A DNA stretch of 64,000 bases from a bacterium. GTDB lineage: Bacteria; Electryoneota; Electryoneia; Electryoneales; Electryoneaceae. Below are positions 1 through 9,105 of this stretch, in pieces. The notes beneath the pieces are model-generated. The model was not told the DNA's origin, ran no database searches, and was given only the letters and a program-made list of their open reading frames with translations. Within the stretch, counting starts at the first letter, position 1. Each line of letters starts with the position of its first letter. The translations under genes were made by a program, and so were the position numbers. The stretch covers positions 1,568,001 to 1,632,000 of the forward strand of contig CAXXKJ010000002.1 in the NCBI GenBank assembly GCA_963675295.2. Direction: 5' to 3'.

Positions 1-242
1 TTGATCAGTGATTTCCGTGCCATCGTGCAAGCCGCGTTGAATTCGGTCCCCCATGCCATTCGCGGGTATGAAAACGCAAAAACTCCCATAATTGTCTGAA
101 ATCCGAAAGGGAAGGCTCTCGACTCGGAGCCATTTTCACGAACGAGACCGGGAACGCCTGTCAAACAAAGGATATCGGGGAGCTGAGCAAACGGAGTATC
201 AGAGTGGTATTTTGCTCACAGGGTTCCAATCCGGGGGGAATT

Positions 243-1361
243 GTGACTGGTCAAGGTCTGATTTCTAAACTCACCATCCTTCTCTTCAGCCTTCTCATGA
301 TCGCCACAACCCCGGCAGCAGCCTGCACGCTGTTCGTCATTGACGACGATTCAACAGTCATTTTCGGACGCACACTCGATTGGGATCGACCGATCCCGGG
401 CGCGGTGTTTGTCAACCCACGCGGTCTCGTGAAAACATCGTTGCCGTGGCACGGTGGATGGCCGGTCGCAGGTGAGGCGACCACCAGGCTGTGGGCGGCG
501 GCGTACGGGTCGGTGACCTTCAGCGCGTACGGGCGCGACTTCATCGCAAGCGGCATGAACGAGGCGGGGCTGGTGATTGCGGAAACGAGCTGGATCGCGG
601 AGTACGCACCGGTGGATGACCGGCCGTCAATCTCGTGCGCGCAGTGGATGCAGTACCAGTTGGACAACTACGCGACGGTCAAGGATGTCGTGTCGCATGT
701 GGACGATCTGCGTCTCGACGGCGAGGGCTGGCATTTCATGGTCGCGGATGCGTCCGGCGATGTCGCGGTGATCGAATCGACACGGGGCGGGGCGAAGGTG
801 TTTCGCCGCGATCGCTTGCTCAAGTATTCGATACTGACGAACGCGGGCTGCATGCAGTTGATCGGATATCAGGCAATGGTCGATCAGTCGAGTGGATCAC
901 TCAGTTCCAATATGGCTGCTGGTGATGATTCGTATGCGCGGTACTTGCGTGGGATGCGATATCTGCGCGAACGACGCAAGGAATCATCGCCAGTCACAGT
1001 CGAAGACGCATGGCGGATGATTGACAGCGTGCGGGTGAGCGACACACGCCGAGAGATCGTGTTCGATGCGACCAACCGGACGGTGAGCTGGGTGACCGAT
1101 ACAGATCGGACCCGTCGAACCCTGCACCTCTCAGATCTCCAGTTCGAGGCGCGGTCGCCGGTGTTGATGCTGAACGTGGATGCGGCACCAGCGGAGGATG
1201 TTGCGTTGGCCCTGGAACCGTATTCGTTGCGTTGGAACCGGGAGCTGGTGGATGCAGCGATGCGTGCGATTCACGGGGAAGTGGCAGGTGACAAGCCGCT
1301 GACCCCACAGGGATTCAGCTTCGATCAGGCAGTAGAAGTAATCGCGACTCATCCGCGATAG
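243..1361 (+). CDS. Secreted linear amide C-N hydrolase (choloylglycine hydrolase/penicillin V acylase family, Ntn-hydrolase)
   Basis: Signal peptide ends AAA and is followed by the catalytic Cys (CTLF...FGRTLDW). Motifs GMNEAGL and WMQYQLDNYATV are present. GTG start chosen after GGGGGGAA. Confidence 0.85.
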   Translation: MTGQGLISKLTILLFSLLMIATTPAAACTLFVIDDDSTVIFGRTLDWDRPIPGAVFVNPRGLVKTSLPWHGGWPVAGEATTRLWAAAYGSVTFSAYGRDFIASGMNEAGLVIAETSWIAEYAPVDDRPSISCAQWMQYQLDNYATVKDVVSHVDDLRLDGEGWHFMVADASGDVAVIESTRGGAKVFRRDRLLKYSILTNAGCMQLIGYQAMVDQSSGSLSSNMAAGDDSYARYLRGMRYLRERRKESSPVTVEDAWRMIDSVRVSDTRREIVFDATNRTVSWVTDTDRTRRTLHLSDLQFEARSPVLMLNVDAAPAEDVALALEPYSLRWNRELVDAAMRAIHGEVAGDKPLTPQGFSFDQAVEVIATHPR

Positions 1362-1386
1362 CCGCGCGTAGCCATCTCAACGTTCC

Positions 1387-2070
1387 CTACTTCTCATCCT
1401 CCCACGGTGGCGTGTTGAAATCGGGGAGGAAGGGGACGGTGATCCCGCCTCGTTCCGGGATCGGCACAGCGGCCTGTTTCGCGCCGTAGCCGTTTTCCAC
1501 CGGTGCGAGATCAACCCAGACATAGCCGCCGAGACCGGTGTCCGGAGGATCCTGCACGTAGACTCCGCTGCCCGCTCGCCATGTCGAATCGCGTTTCTCG
1601 GTAACACGATAGGTCGCGGACGATTTCGGCGGGGTGGAGGGTTCGACGCTGAGTTTGCCGCTGGCGGTGTAACGGATCATCCAGCCGGTCGCGCCCCATT
1701 CGGATCGTGGTACACCCGCGCGGAGACCAACCTCCGGCAGCATCAAGTCGACCTGTCCGGTTCCGGGTGGCAGGACCAGCCAGTAGGCGCCGCGTTTCAG
1801 GTTGCGCAGGGTACCGCGCCACTCGCCTGATGGGCCATGATACCAGGCGGCGAGGGCCGGGTTCTCGTTGGCGGTGAACAGTCGCGGGGCGGTGGAAAAG
1901 CTGTCTCCGCCTGGGATTTGCGAACCGAGCAGGGACTGGACGGTTGCGTTGTCGCCTGTGTCGCCGAACTCGAGCCAGGAGATTCCGTCACGCACGGTGA
2001 TCTCTTCCGCCGGTGCGGGATTTGCGATGCATAGAATCAGGATGATCAGGAACGGAACACTGGTTCTCAT
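1387..2070 (-). CDS. Hypothetical secreted protein
   Basis: ORF from MRTSVPFLIILILCIANPAPA (signal-peptide-like), with GGAGG upstream. Confidence 0.6.
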   Translation of the reverse strand: MRTSVPFLIILILCIANPAPAEEITVRDGISWLEFGDTGDNATVQSLLGSQIPGGDSFSTAPRLFTANENPALAAWYHGPSGEWRGTLRNLKRGAYWLVLPPGTGQVDLMLPEVGLRAGVPRSEWGATGWMIRYTASGKLSVEPSTPPKSSATYRVTEKRDSTWRAGSGVYVQDPPDTGLGGYVWVDLAPVENGYGAKQAAVPIPERGGITVPFLPDFNTPPWEDEK

Positions 2071-2254
2071 CGAAAGCGCCTCCACGGGAACTGGATAGCG
2101 GTAGTGTAGGCATGCCAGCGCTTCGGATGCTACTGATACGGTTGAGTGGATTGTCTGAACCGGCTCGGGGTGGCTGGTGATACCCCTCTCGACTTGCTTG
2201 CCCTGCGAACCCTCAACGAGTAGCTTAGACGCTCGTTCCACGGAGTCCAGCCCG

Positions 2255-2635
2255 ATGGCCGAAGCGTTACGTTTGGATCACTACCTCTTCCGAGCGCGTT
2301 TGTTCAAGAGCCGTTCGCAGGCGACGAATGCGTGCAAGGAAGGGCGTGTACAGATTAATGACGTGACCGGGAAGGCGTCGTCCGACGTTCATGCGGACGA
2401 TGTCATCAAGATCCGGATGAAAGGGCTCTATCGTCACATCCGGGTGCTGGTCCTGCCTGGCAAGAACATGCCGAAGGACAAGGCGAAAGAAACGTGGCAG
2501 GATGAGACACCGGAGGACGTGCTGAAGCAGTGGGAGATGATCAATCTCGCGCAGCGGAGCATGGCTCACAAGAATGAGGGGCCGCGTCCGACGAAAAAGG
2601 AACGGCGGGATTTGCGAAAGATTCGCGGGCACTGA
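2255..2635 (+). CDS. hslR: S4-domain RNA-binding protein, Hsp15-like
   Basis: LRLDHYLFRARLFKSRSQATNAC S4 motif and C-terminal GPRPTKKERRDL. Confidence 0.85.
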   Translation: MAEALRLDHYLFRARLFKSRSQATNACKEGRVQINDVTGKASSDVHADDVIKIRMKGLYRHIRVLVLPGKNMPKDKAKETWQDETPEDVLKQWEMINLAQRSMAHKNEGPRPTKKERRDLRKIRGH

Positions 2636-2666
2636 CGTCGCGCATGGAAGGTGGTCTGGGAGTGTG

Positions 2667-3122
2667 ATGAAGAAGAACCGTCTGCACGATAAATTGACTG
2701 ACGATAACGTGTTTCTCGATGTCGAGGCGTCGGACCGTTACGAGCTGATCCGTGAGGTAGCGAAACGGTTGGCGAAGATTGAGGATGTCAGCGACGTGAA
2801 GCAGCTCTCCGACGACGCGATTCAGCGTGAAAAGGAACTGTCTACCGGGATCGACCGTGGGATCGCGATGCCGCACGCGCGCACGAACGCGGTGTCGAAG
2901 TTGATTTGTGCATTCGTGCGTCCTGCCCAGCCGATCGACTTTGGCAGTGAGGACGGCATGCCATGCGATCTCATCTTTTTCTCAGCAGTACCTCGGAAGT
3001 GTGTGGACCAGTATCTGCATTTTACCGCAGGGATCGTGCGGCAGCTGCAACAGCCGGGTGCTCGTGAAGCATTGCGTGCCGCGCAGAACGCGAAGGACGT
3101 GTTGTCTGCTCTCGGCTTGTAG
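2667..3122 (+). CDS. PTS EIIA (Ntr/fructose-type) domain protein
   Basis: REKELSTGIDRGIAMPHAR phospho-His motif; PIDFGSEDG. Confidence 0.85.
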   Translation: MKKNRLHDKLTDDNVFLDVEASDRYELIREVAKRLAKIEDVSDVKQLSDDAIQREKELSTGIDRGIAMPHARTNAVSKLICAFVRPAQPIDFGSEDGMPCDLIFFSAVPRKCVDQYLHFTAGIVRQLQQPGAREALRAAQNAKDVLSALGL

Positions 3123-3317
3123 CACAAGTTTAGCGATATTCAGCAATTCTTGTTGGTTACCTCTCGCAAGCTCCGAATCTCCGAAACGCTCTCAAGGTTT
3201 TCGCCTCTCATTCCGATAAGAATGACAGGAATCCTCCCGTTTTTGCAAGGGGCGGCAGGATTCGTCAATCCGCAACGATGATCCGGCGGCGGTATTGCCG
3301 AAGGGAAGGGTAGCTCC

Positions 3318-3743
3318 ATGTCCAGTAGCCATCACGCAAGTGAGGACAGCGAGCTTTATTCGATTTCACAGGTAAACGCACTGACGGGTGTGGCTGCCCC
3401 CACTCTGCGGAAGTGGGAAAACGCGTTCAAAGATTACCTCAATGTGGTTCGAACGCGGGGGGGACAACGCCGGTTCAATGAAGATGCGATACGCAAAATC
3501 GAAACGCTGAAGCGGCTCATTTACGAAGAAGGGCTCTCCTTACAGGGGGCCCGTAAACGTCTCGAAGAACTTGAATCCCGTGTCAATATCGAGTCGTCCT
3601 CCTCACCGGCGGACATCGAGAAGCTGTCGGAGATGGTTACTGACCTGCTGATCGAAAAGCTGTTCCGGCGGGGAGTGGTACCTCCAAACGGCGACAACCT
3701 GTTCAACAACGGCGAAAACGGGAACGGCCCCACCACGAACTGA
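3318..3743 (+). CDS. MerR-family HTH transcriptional regulator
   Basis: YSISQVNALTGVAAPTLRKWE and RTRGGQRRF motifs. Confidence 0.85.
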   Translation: MSSSHHASEDSELYSISQVNALTGVAAPTLRKWENAFKDYLNVVRTRGGQRRFNEDAIRKIETLKRLIYEEGLSLQGARKRLEELESRVNIESSSSPADIEKLSEMVTDLLIEKLFRRGVVPPNGDNLFNNGENGNGPTTN

Positions 3744-3814
3744 TCTGACAGCCCGCAGTTGACCATTTGGACCCCGCTTGCGAAGTGCAGCCGGGGCTGC
3801 GTGTTTTATGGGGA

Positions 3815-6154
3815 TTACTCCTCGATTTCCACATCCAGTTGTGAGTTCAGCCAGATGATAACCTGCCCCTGCATTTCGGGATCGAGCGCGGCGGAGAGGT
3901 TCGGCTGCTGCAGGTCGATGTTCCCTTTCTGACGGTACAAACCGTACACCTTTTTCGCCTGCTTGTAAGCTTCCATCTGCCGGTGATGGTCAACTCGCCA
4001 GTTCAGCCGTGGTTGGATCAACAGCAGCGGTTTTGGCGCGGAGGCGGCGAGCAGGTGCGGCAGATCGTACGGTATCGGCTTCTCATTGTCCGCCAGTAAT
4101 GCCAGTTGCGGCTGGAGGAGCCGCTGTCGTGCGAACAGGTCGAGGTAGTTGTGTCCGGTGCGGACCTCGGATTTGTCCAACGGACCCGGCGGGCAGAGGG
4201 CGATGGTGCCGGCGTGACGGTGTTCGAGCGCGGCGGTGTGCAGCGCGACCCACGCGCCGAGGCCATACCCCATGATGTAGATCTGGTCCGGGTCGATCTG
4301 CGGCATCTCCGTCATCCGGTCGAATGCCGAACGCGCGTCCCAGACCATCTTGCCGAGCAACGACCAGTCGGGGAAACGGGTGTAAAACTCGGCGTCCTCG
4401 TCGATCCGGCGGCCGTACCCGATCATGTCGAAGCAGAAGACGGCGTATCCGGCTTTCGCGAGGCGGCGATAGAAGTGTTCGCCGAGACGGTAGCCGGCGA
4501 CATAGCCCTTGGGCCGGTTCGCGGCGTGCAGGAAGAGGATGCCGGGCAAGGTCTGGCCCGTCGTCGCGGCGGACGAGGAGACGTACAGGTCACCGCTGAT
4601 GTAATCCCCGAAAACAACCTCCACACGATCCACGTCACTGCCGGCGTTCTGGCGTTCAAGTAACATTCGCACATGTTTCGGATCGTGCCCGTAGTCAATT
4701 TTATCGCCCGAAGCTGCGGGCGGGTGGGTACCGAGCACGGTGCGGATGTTCTGCTGAATCTGCCAGCGCTTGCCCAGCCACGTGTCCTTGTGGTCGACGT
4801 CCTCCCCGTTGTTCAGCGTGAGCAGGTCCGGTGAGTAGTCGTCCGGCAGGTCGAGGGTGATGTCGGTTTTCTCGTTCCACGCGTCCCAGTTGGTGGGGTG
4901 GATGAACCTGTCGGTGGCGCGGGCTGGATCGCCATCGAAAGCACCGTCCAGCCAGTCGAAATAGCGCTGGATGATTTCCGGATGAGTCTCGTGGCCACCG
5001 CTCCGCCATTGAACTTGCAGGTTGTCGGCAGCATCGTACAGCTCCCACGCCGGCCGTGCGGCTTCCATCGATTGTTCGATTGCCCAGGTTTGTTCGACGC
5101 CGTCATTGATCGCGGTGCTGACGAGGCACGGTCGTGGCGCAATCAACGCGAGCTGATGCTGCATGTCGTAGGGCAGCCGGTCTTCCCGTCCCGCGAAGAA
5201 CCGCAGCCACGGGCTGAACCAGGTGGGGAAGACGCGGGTCATGCGTTCGATGCTCTCGGCGTATTCGTACTCGGAGCTGATCCGCCAGGGCATGATCCCG
5301 CCCGCTCCGGCGCTGCTGGAGATGACGGCGTCAATGCGGTCATCAAACGCTGCCGCGATCAACGATTGCTTGCCGTTTCGGGAGTGCCCGCCGATGGCGA
5401 TGCGGGAGGTGTCGGCCTTGTCGAAGGTTTCGAGGAAATCGACGACACGGCTCGCCGCCCACGCTCGTTTCGCGAGTAGTGACCAGTCGAAATTTGGATA
5501 CGCGTTGCTGAATTTCGCGGCGTCATCCTCGATGTCCGCGGCGGCGTAGACGACGCCGATGTACCCGCGTTGCAACGCGATCCGTGCCCACGACCGGTGG
5601 TTGCTCTGGGTCATGAAGACGGGGAAAGGGCCGTCGCCGTCGGGAATGAAGAGTTCGATTCGCAGCGAGGCCTGGTGGGTTGAATCCGCACCGAAATGGA
5701 GCCGATAGCGCCGGGACATGGCGTTCCACTCCATCGTGGACTCGAGGCGTTCGACGATGACCGTATCCGGCGCAGGGGGCATCAGGCCGAGCTGCCAGCG
5801 TTGCAGCGTATCCTTGATCGCGGAGCGTTGGTCCAGCCACTCGCTGATGCTGCCGACCGGGTCGCCGTCCGGATTCTCCAGCGGGATCAGCGGGTTGATC
5901 AGTCCAGGGATGGACTTGAACTCGTTGAATGCTGGTGGTTCGGCACCGGTTTGCAGCAGCCATTCGGTGAACGCTTCGCTCTCCGGCAGCACGCTGATCG
6001 CGGTACGTACCTCCCGGCTAAGTTCCGGCTTGCTGCTGGATTTCGTTGCCGCGCAGGCGGTCAATGGAATCAACAGCAGTACGATAAGCCAGGCGAAACG
6101 GCGAGCGGTACGTGACAGGTTCGGGTTCAACTGCATCCTGCGGTGAGTGGTCAT
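3815..6154 (-). CDS. Exported two-domain alpha/beta-hydrolase (CE15/glucuronoyl-esterase-like domain plus a second hydrolase domain)
   Basis: GHSRNGK nucleophile motif, ALIAPRP, second domain with PDWSLLGKMVWD, N-terminal hydrophobic signal. Start codon uncertain. Confidence 0.75.
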   Translation of the reverse strand: MTTHRRMQLNPNLSRTARRFAWLIVLLLIPLTACAATKSSSKPELSREVRTAISVLPESEAFTEWLLQTGAEPPAFNEFKSIPGLINPLIPLENPDGDPVGSISEWLDQRSAIKDTLQRWQLGLMPPAPDTVIVERLESTMEWNAMSRRYRLHFGADSTHQASLRIELFIPDGDGPFPVFMTQSNHRSWARIALQRGYIGVVYAAADIEDDAAKFSNAYPNFDWSLLAKRAWAASRVVDFLETFDKADTSRIAIGGHSRNGKQSLIAAAFDDRIDAVISSSAGAGGIMPWRISSEYEYAESIERMTRVFPTWFSPWLRFFAGREDRLPYDMQHQLALIAPRPCLVSTAINDGVEQTWAIEQSMEAARPAWELYDAADNLQVQWRSGGHETHPEIIQRYFDWLDGAFDGDPARATDRFIHPTNWDAWNEKTDITLDLPDDYSPDLLTLNNGEDVDHKDTWLGKRWQIQQNIRTVLGTHPPAASGDKIDYGHDPKHVRMLLERQNAGSDVDRVEVVFGDYISGDLYVSSSAATTGQTLPGILFLHAANRPKGYVAGYRLGEHFYRRLAKAGYAVFCFDMIGYGRRIDEDAEFYTRFPDWSLLGKMVWDARSAFDRMTEMPQIDPDQIYIMGYGLGAWVALHTAALEHRHAGTIALCPPGPLDKSEVRTGHNYLDLFARQRLLQPQLALLADNEKPIPYDLPHLLAASAPKPLLLIQPRLNWRVDHHRQMEAYKQAKKVYGLYRQKGNIDLQQPNLSAALDPEMQGQVIIWLNSQLDVEIEE

Positions 6155-6181
6155 GGCGCAGATCGTCTCTGGATTCTTGGG

Positions 6182-6197
6182 TGTGACGCCGGTCACA
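6182..6197. promoter_or_regulatory. CRP-family consensus site TGTGA-N6-TCACA
   Basis: TGTGAcgccggTCACA lies in a divergent intergenic region. Confidence 0.45.
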
Positions 6198-6433
6198 TCA
6201 ATGCGTGTCGTCTGGAACCGGCCGTTTGCTGAAGAGTATAGGCAGATACAGGCAGACAGGGACCGGGAGCCGAAGGTTCCTCCAGTGGAGACAGAGACGC
6301 AACCCGGCGGAACTCGCCCCGGTCAGAGATCGTACAACAGATAGAACAACAGCGAGCGCTTTTCGAAAGATCGTACAGTTCCCGACATCCCCTCCGCTTT
6401 CGCTTACCTCCCTGGGCGGGAGCGGTCTCCCAA

Positions 6434-6466
6434 CGGGTGGGCTTCACAGCCCACCCGGTCTTTTTT
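6434..6466 (+). terminator. Rho-independent terminator with no preceding + strand gene
   Basis: CGGGTGGGC-ttcaca-GCCCACCCG followed by gtcTTTTTT. Confidence 0.7.
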
Positions 6467-6584
6467 ACCTGCAGCCTCCATGAGATTTCAACCATGCAAT
6501 TGGGGTTACTGTTAAGGTTTTAATTGCGTACGCGACAAATTCGTCGTACCCTCTTCGCGATTGCTTGCTAACCGGGACACACGC

Positions 6585-7715
6585 ATGGCTCACATTTTGA
6601 TTCTGGGCGCTGGACGGCAGGGACGTGCCGCCGCGCTTGACCTTTTAAACGATGGCGACACGATCACCTTTGTCGACCGTTCCGAACTCCACCTGCAAAC
6701 CGCCCTTGAAATGTTGAATTTGCCACCGGAACGTGGACAGGTGGCGGATCTCAGCAATTCGGAGGAACTGGCTCCGTTCTTTGACGAGGCAGATGGTGCG
6801 GTGTTCGCGGCGGACTACGGCTTGAACGAACAGTTGACCCGCATCGCGATCGCGCACAAGTGCCACACCGTCGATTATGGCGGCAATCACGACGTCGTGA
6901 ACGCGCAGCATGCGATGGATGAGGAGGCAAAAGCGGCTGGTGTCGCGATTGTGCCGGACTGCGGCCTGACACCGGGACTGGCGGGTGTGCTCGTCGCGGG
7001 CGGCATCAAGCGGCTGGACAACGACGCTCACCGTGCGGAGATTCGTGTCGGCGGGCTGCCGCTGAATCCGGACGGTCCGTTGAAATACGCGCTGGTGTTC
7101 AGCGTACGCGGTCTGATCAACGAGTACCTCGAGCCGAGCGTGGTGATCGACAAGGGGCACGTGACCACGAAACCGTCCCTGACTGGACTGGAAAGCCTGA
7201 GCTACGAGAACCGGCAGTTCGAGGCGTTCTACACCTCCGGCGGGGTCAGCACCCTGCCGCGCAGCTTCGGAAATGTGCTCAAGGACCTGGATTGCAAGAC
7301 GATCCGTTACCCCGGACACGCCGCAAAGATCAAGTTCCTGTTCGATCTCGGCTTCGGCGATGATTCGCACACACTCAGCAACGGCTTTTCCTGCACGCCG
7401 CGTCAAATGCTCGAGAAAATGCTCGAACATACCTTGCCGCACGATCCGCCGGACGAAGTGATCATGCGGGTGACGGTGATCGGTGACGGCAACCGCCGGA
7501 TCATCTACAGCATGCGCGACGTGTATGACGATGAATCCGGCCTGACCGCGATGCAGCGCACGACGGCGTGGCCCGGGTCACGGATTCTGAAGATGCTGCT
7601 CGATGGGACAATTCCCGATCGCGGGGTGTTGTACCAGGAGACGGCGGTGGATGCGGATGAGCTCATCCGTCAGTTGGGCGAACGTGGAATCCGGATCCAT
7701 GTGACCGAGAAGTGA
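6585..7715 (+). CDS. Saccharopine dehydrogenase / lysine 6-dehydrogenase family protein
   Basis: Rossmann ILILGAGRQG, CGLTPGL, VGGLP, GLINEY, KTIRYPGH, TAMQRTT. Confidence 0.9.
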   Translation: MAHILILGAGRQGRAAALDLLNDGDTITFVDRSELHLQTALEMLNLPPERGQVADLSNSEELAPFFDEADGAVFAADYGLNEQLTRIAIAHKCHTVDYGGNHDVVNAQHAMDEEAKAAGVAIVPDCGLTPGLAGVLVAGGIKRLDNDAHRAEIRVGGLPLNPDGPLKYALVFSVRGLINEYLEPSVVIDKGHVTTKPSLTGLESLSYENRQFEAFYTSGGVSTLPRSFGNVLKDLDCKTIRYPGHAAKIKFLFDLGFGDDSHTLSNGFSCTPRQMLEKMLEHTLPHDPPDEVIMRVTVIGDGNRRIIYSMRDVYDDESGLTAMQRTTAWPGSRILKMLLDGTIPDRGVLYQETAVDADELIRQLGERGIRIHVTEK

Positions 7716-7775
7716 GTCGGAACGAAAGTCGAACGGAAGTACTGAGTAGGAAAGAAGTACAAAGATGATGAGAAC

Positions 7776-7809
7776 AACGGGGACACTTAACGGAGTAAGT
7801 GTCCCCGTT
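7776..7809. repeat. GGGGACACTT...AAGTGTCCCC palindrome (REP-like family D)
   Basis: 14-bp perfect arms AACGGGGACACTTA / TAAGTGTCCCCGTT; a related copy is at 28449-28474. Confidence 0.75.
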
Positions 7810-7825
7810 TTATTTTATCCTCAAT

Positions 7826-7900
7826 ACCTCCGACCTCCGACCTCCGACCTCCGACCTCCGACGGGATTTTCCGAGAGACGAGAGACCAGAGACGAGAGCC
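7826..7900. repeat. Heptamer tandem repeats (ACCTCCG)x5 followed by GAGACGA-like units
   Basis: Read directly from the sequence. Confidence 0.9.
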
Positions 7901-7905
7901 TGCTG

Positions 7906-8361
7906 TCAGTACACCCACGGAATCAGCTTCCGCACCCGTTTTTGATAGTCGATGTACTCCGGGTGGCGTTCCACCAGCCATTGTTCTTCCCGCTTGGTCT
8001 TGAAATCAAACAGGCCGAGCAGCAAAATCGTCAGCAGCAATCCGAGGAAGCTGAAGCGGAAAAGGCTGTACCCGAATGCACCAATCAGCACGGCAGCGTA
8101 AATCGGGTGCCGCACAATGCGGTATGGTCCGTGCTGGACGAGATGGTTGCCGTCACGCGGATGGGGAAGCGGGGTGAGGTTGCGTCCGAGGGCATAGAGT
8201 CCCCAAAGCCCCAAAATGGCACCGATGGCAAACAAAATCGCCCCGATGGGCCGGAGCACGGGCAGAGCATGCAACGGTCCCCAACTCGGGGCGAATGCAA
8301 TCGCAAAAAAGAGCAGGAACTGGATGACAACGTATCCTTCGCCTCGGCGTCCCATTCCCAT
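7906..8361 (-). CDS. Isoprenylcysteine carboxyl methyltransferase (Ste14/PEMT) family membrane protein
   Basis: LVQHGPYRIVRHPIY, REEQWL, EYIDYQKRVRKLIP. Confidence 0.9.
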   Translation of the reverse strand: MGMGRRGEGYVVIQFLLFFAIAFAPSWGPLHALPVLRPIGAILFAIGAILGLWGLYALGRNLTPLPHPRDGNHLVQHGPYRIVRHPIYAAVLIGAFGYSLFRFSFLGLLLTILLLGLFDFKTKREEQWLVERHPEYIDYQKRVRKLIPWVY

Positions 8362-8381
8362 TGGCCAGTTCCCGTGTGTGA

Positions 8382-9065
8382 TCAGAACTTGAGCGTTTGC
8401 AAATGCTTCCGGGCGATGTCCTGGTACTCGTCCCAGTGGTCTTCCGGCGACATGTAGACGATGTTCAGGTGCTTGTCGCCGTGCTGGAAGACGAACATCT
8501 CGGCCATCATCCAGCCCATGTACCGCATGTCGGTGTTGTCCGCACGGAATCGCTGGACAACATGGATCGCGTCATGGCCGATGATCTCGGTCTTCTCGAT
8601 CGTCTTGATCTCGATGTCGTTCAGGTTCGCCTGATCGCGCATTGCCTTGCGGACCTCGTCCTCGAAGTCTTTCACCGAGATGTCGTCGATTTTCTTGCCC
8701 CGGAAATCTTCGGCGATCTCTTCCTGATCCTGAATGAAGAGGGTGAAGGCCTTGGTGTCTGGACCGTACATCTCGACCATGGCGTCGCCCTCTACCGCGA
8801 CCAGCGCTTTATCAACGACCATGCCGCTCCAGCCTTCCGGGATGTCGATGGTGTAGCCATACTCTTCGCTGTGATAGGTGCCCGGATCGACGGCTTCCGG
8901 CATCATCTCGTTGAGTTGCTGCATCATCTTCTGCATTTCTTCTGCGTCAACGCCTTGTTCCTGCAACTGCTTCATCAGCTCTTCCATGTCCTGCGCGGAG
9001 GCTGGTGTGAAGGAAAGGCAGACGGTCAGCAGGGTAACGATCAACATCGCGATCAGGGTACGCAT
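8382..9065 (-). CDS. Hypothetical secreted protein
   Basis: Signal peptide MRTLIAMLIV...ASA; AGGAG RBS; YGYTIDIPEGW resembles PsbP-like folds. Confidence 0.7.
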   Translation of the reverse strand: MRTLIAMLIVTLLTVCLSFTPASAQDMEELMKQLQEQGVDAEEMQKMMQQLNEMMPEAVDPGTYHSEEYGYTIDIPEGWSGMVVDKALVAVEGDAMVEMYGPDTKAFTLFIQDQEEIAEDFRGKKIDDISVKDFEDEVRKAMRDQANLNDIEIKTIEKTEIIGHDAIHVVQRFRADNTDMRYMGWMMAEMFVFQHGDKHLNIVYMSPEDHWDEYQDIARKHLQTLKF

Positions 9066-9105
9066 GGTACTTCTCCTTCTTCGCACGTTTGCTGTGTTGC
9101 GGAGT

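Noticed and set aside
1-54. Possible start of a minus-strand gene (MGDRIQRGLHDG...) at the window edge
   Set aside because: Only 18 codons are visible, which cannot support a call.
6200-6470. Lysine riboswitch upstream of the lysine/saccharopine dehydrogenase
   Set aside because: GCCGAA is present, but the AGAGGNGC start and the other conserved elements were not found. Kept only as a generic sRNA/leader candidate.
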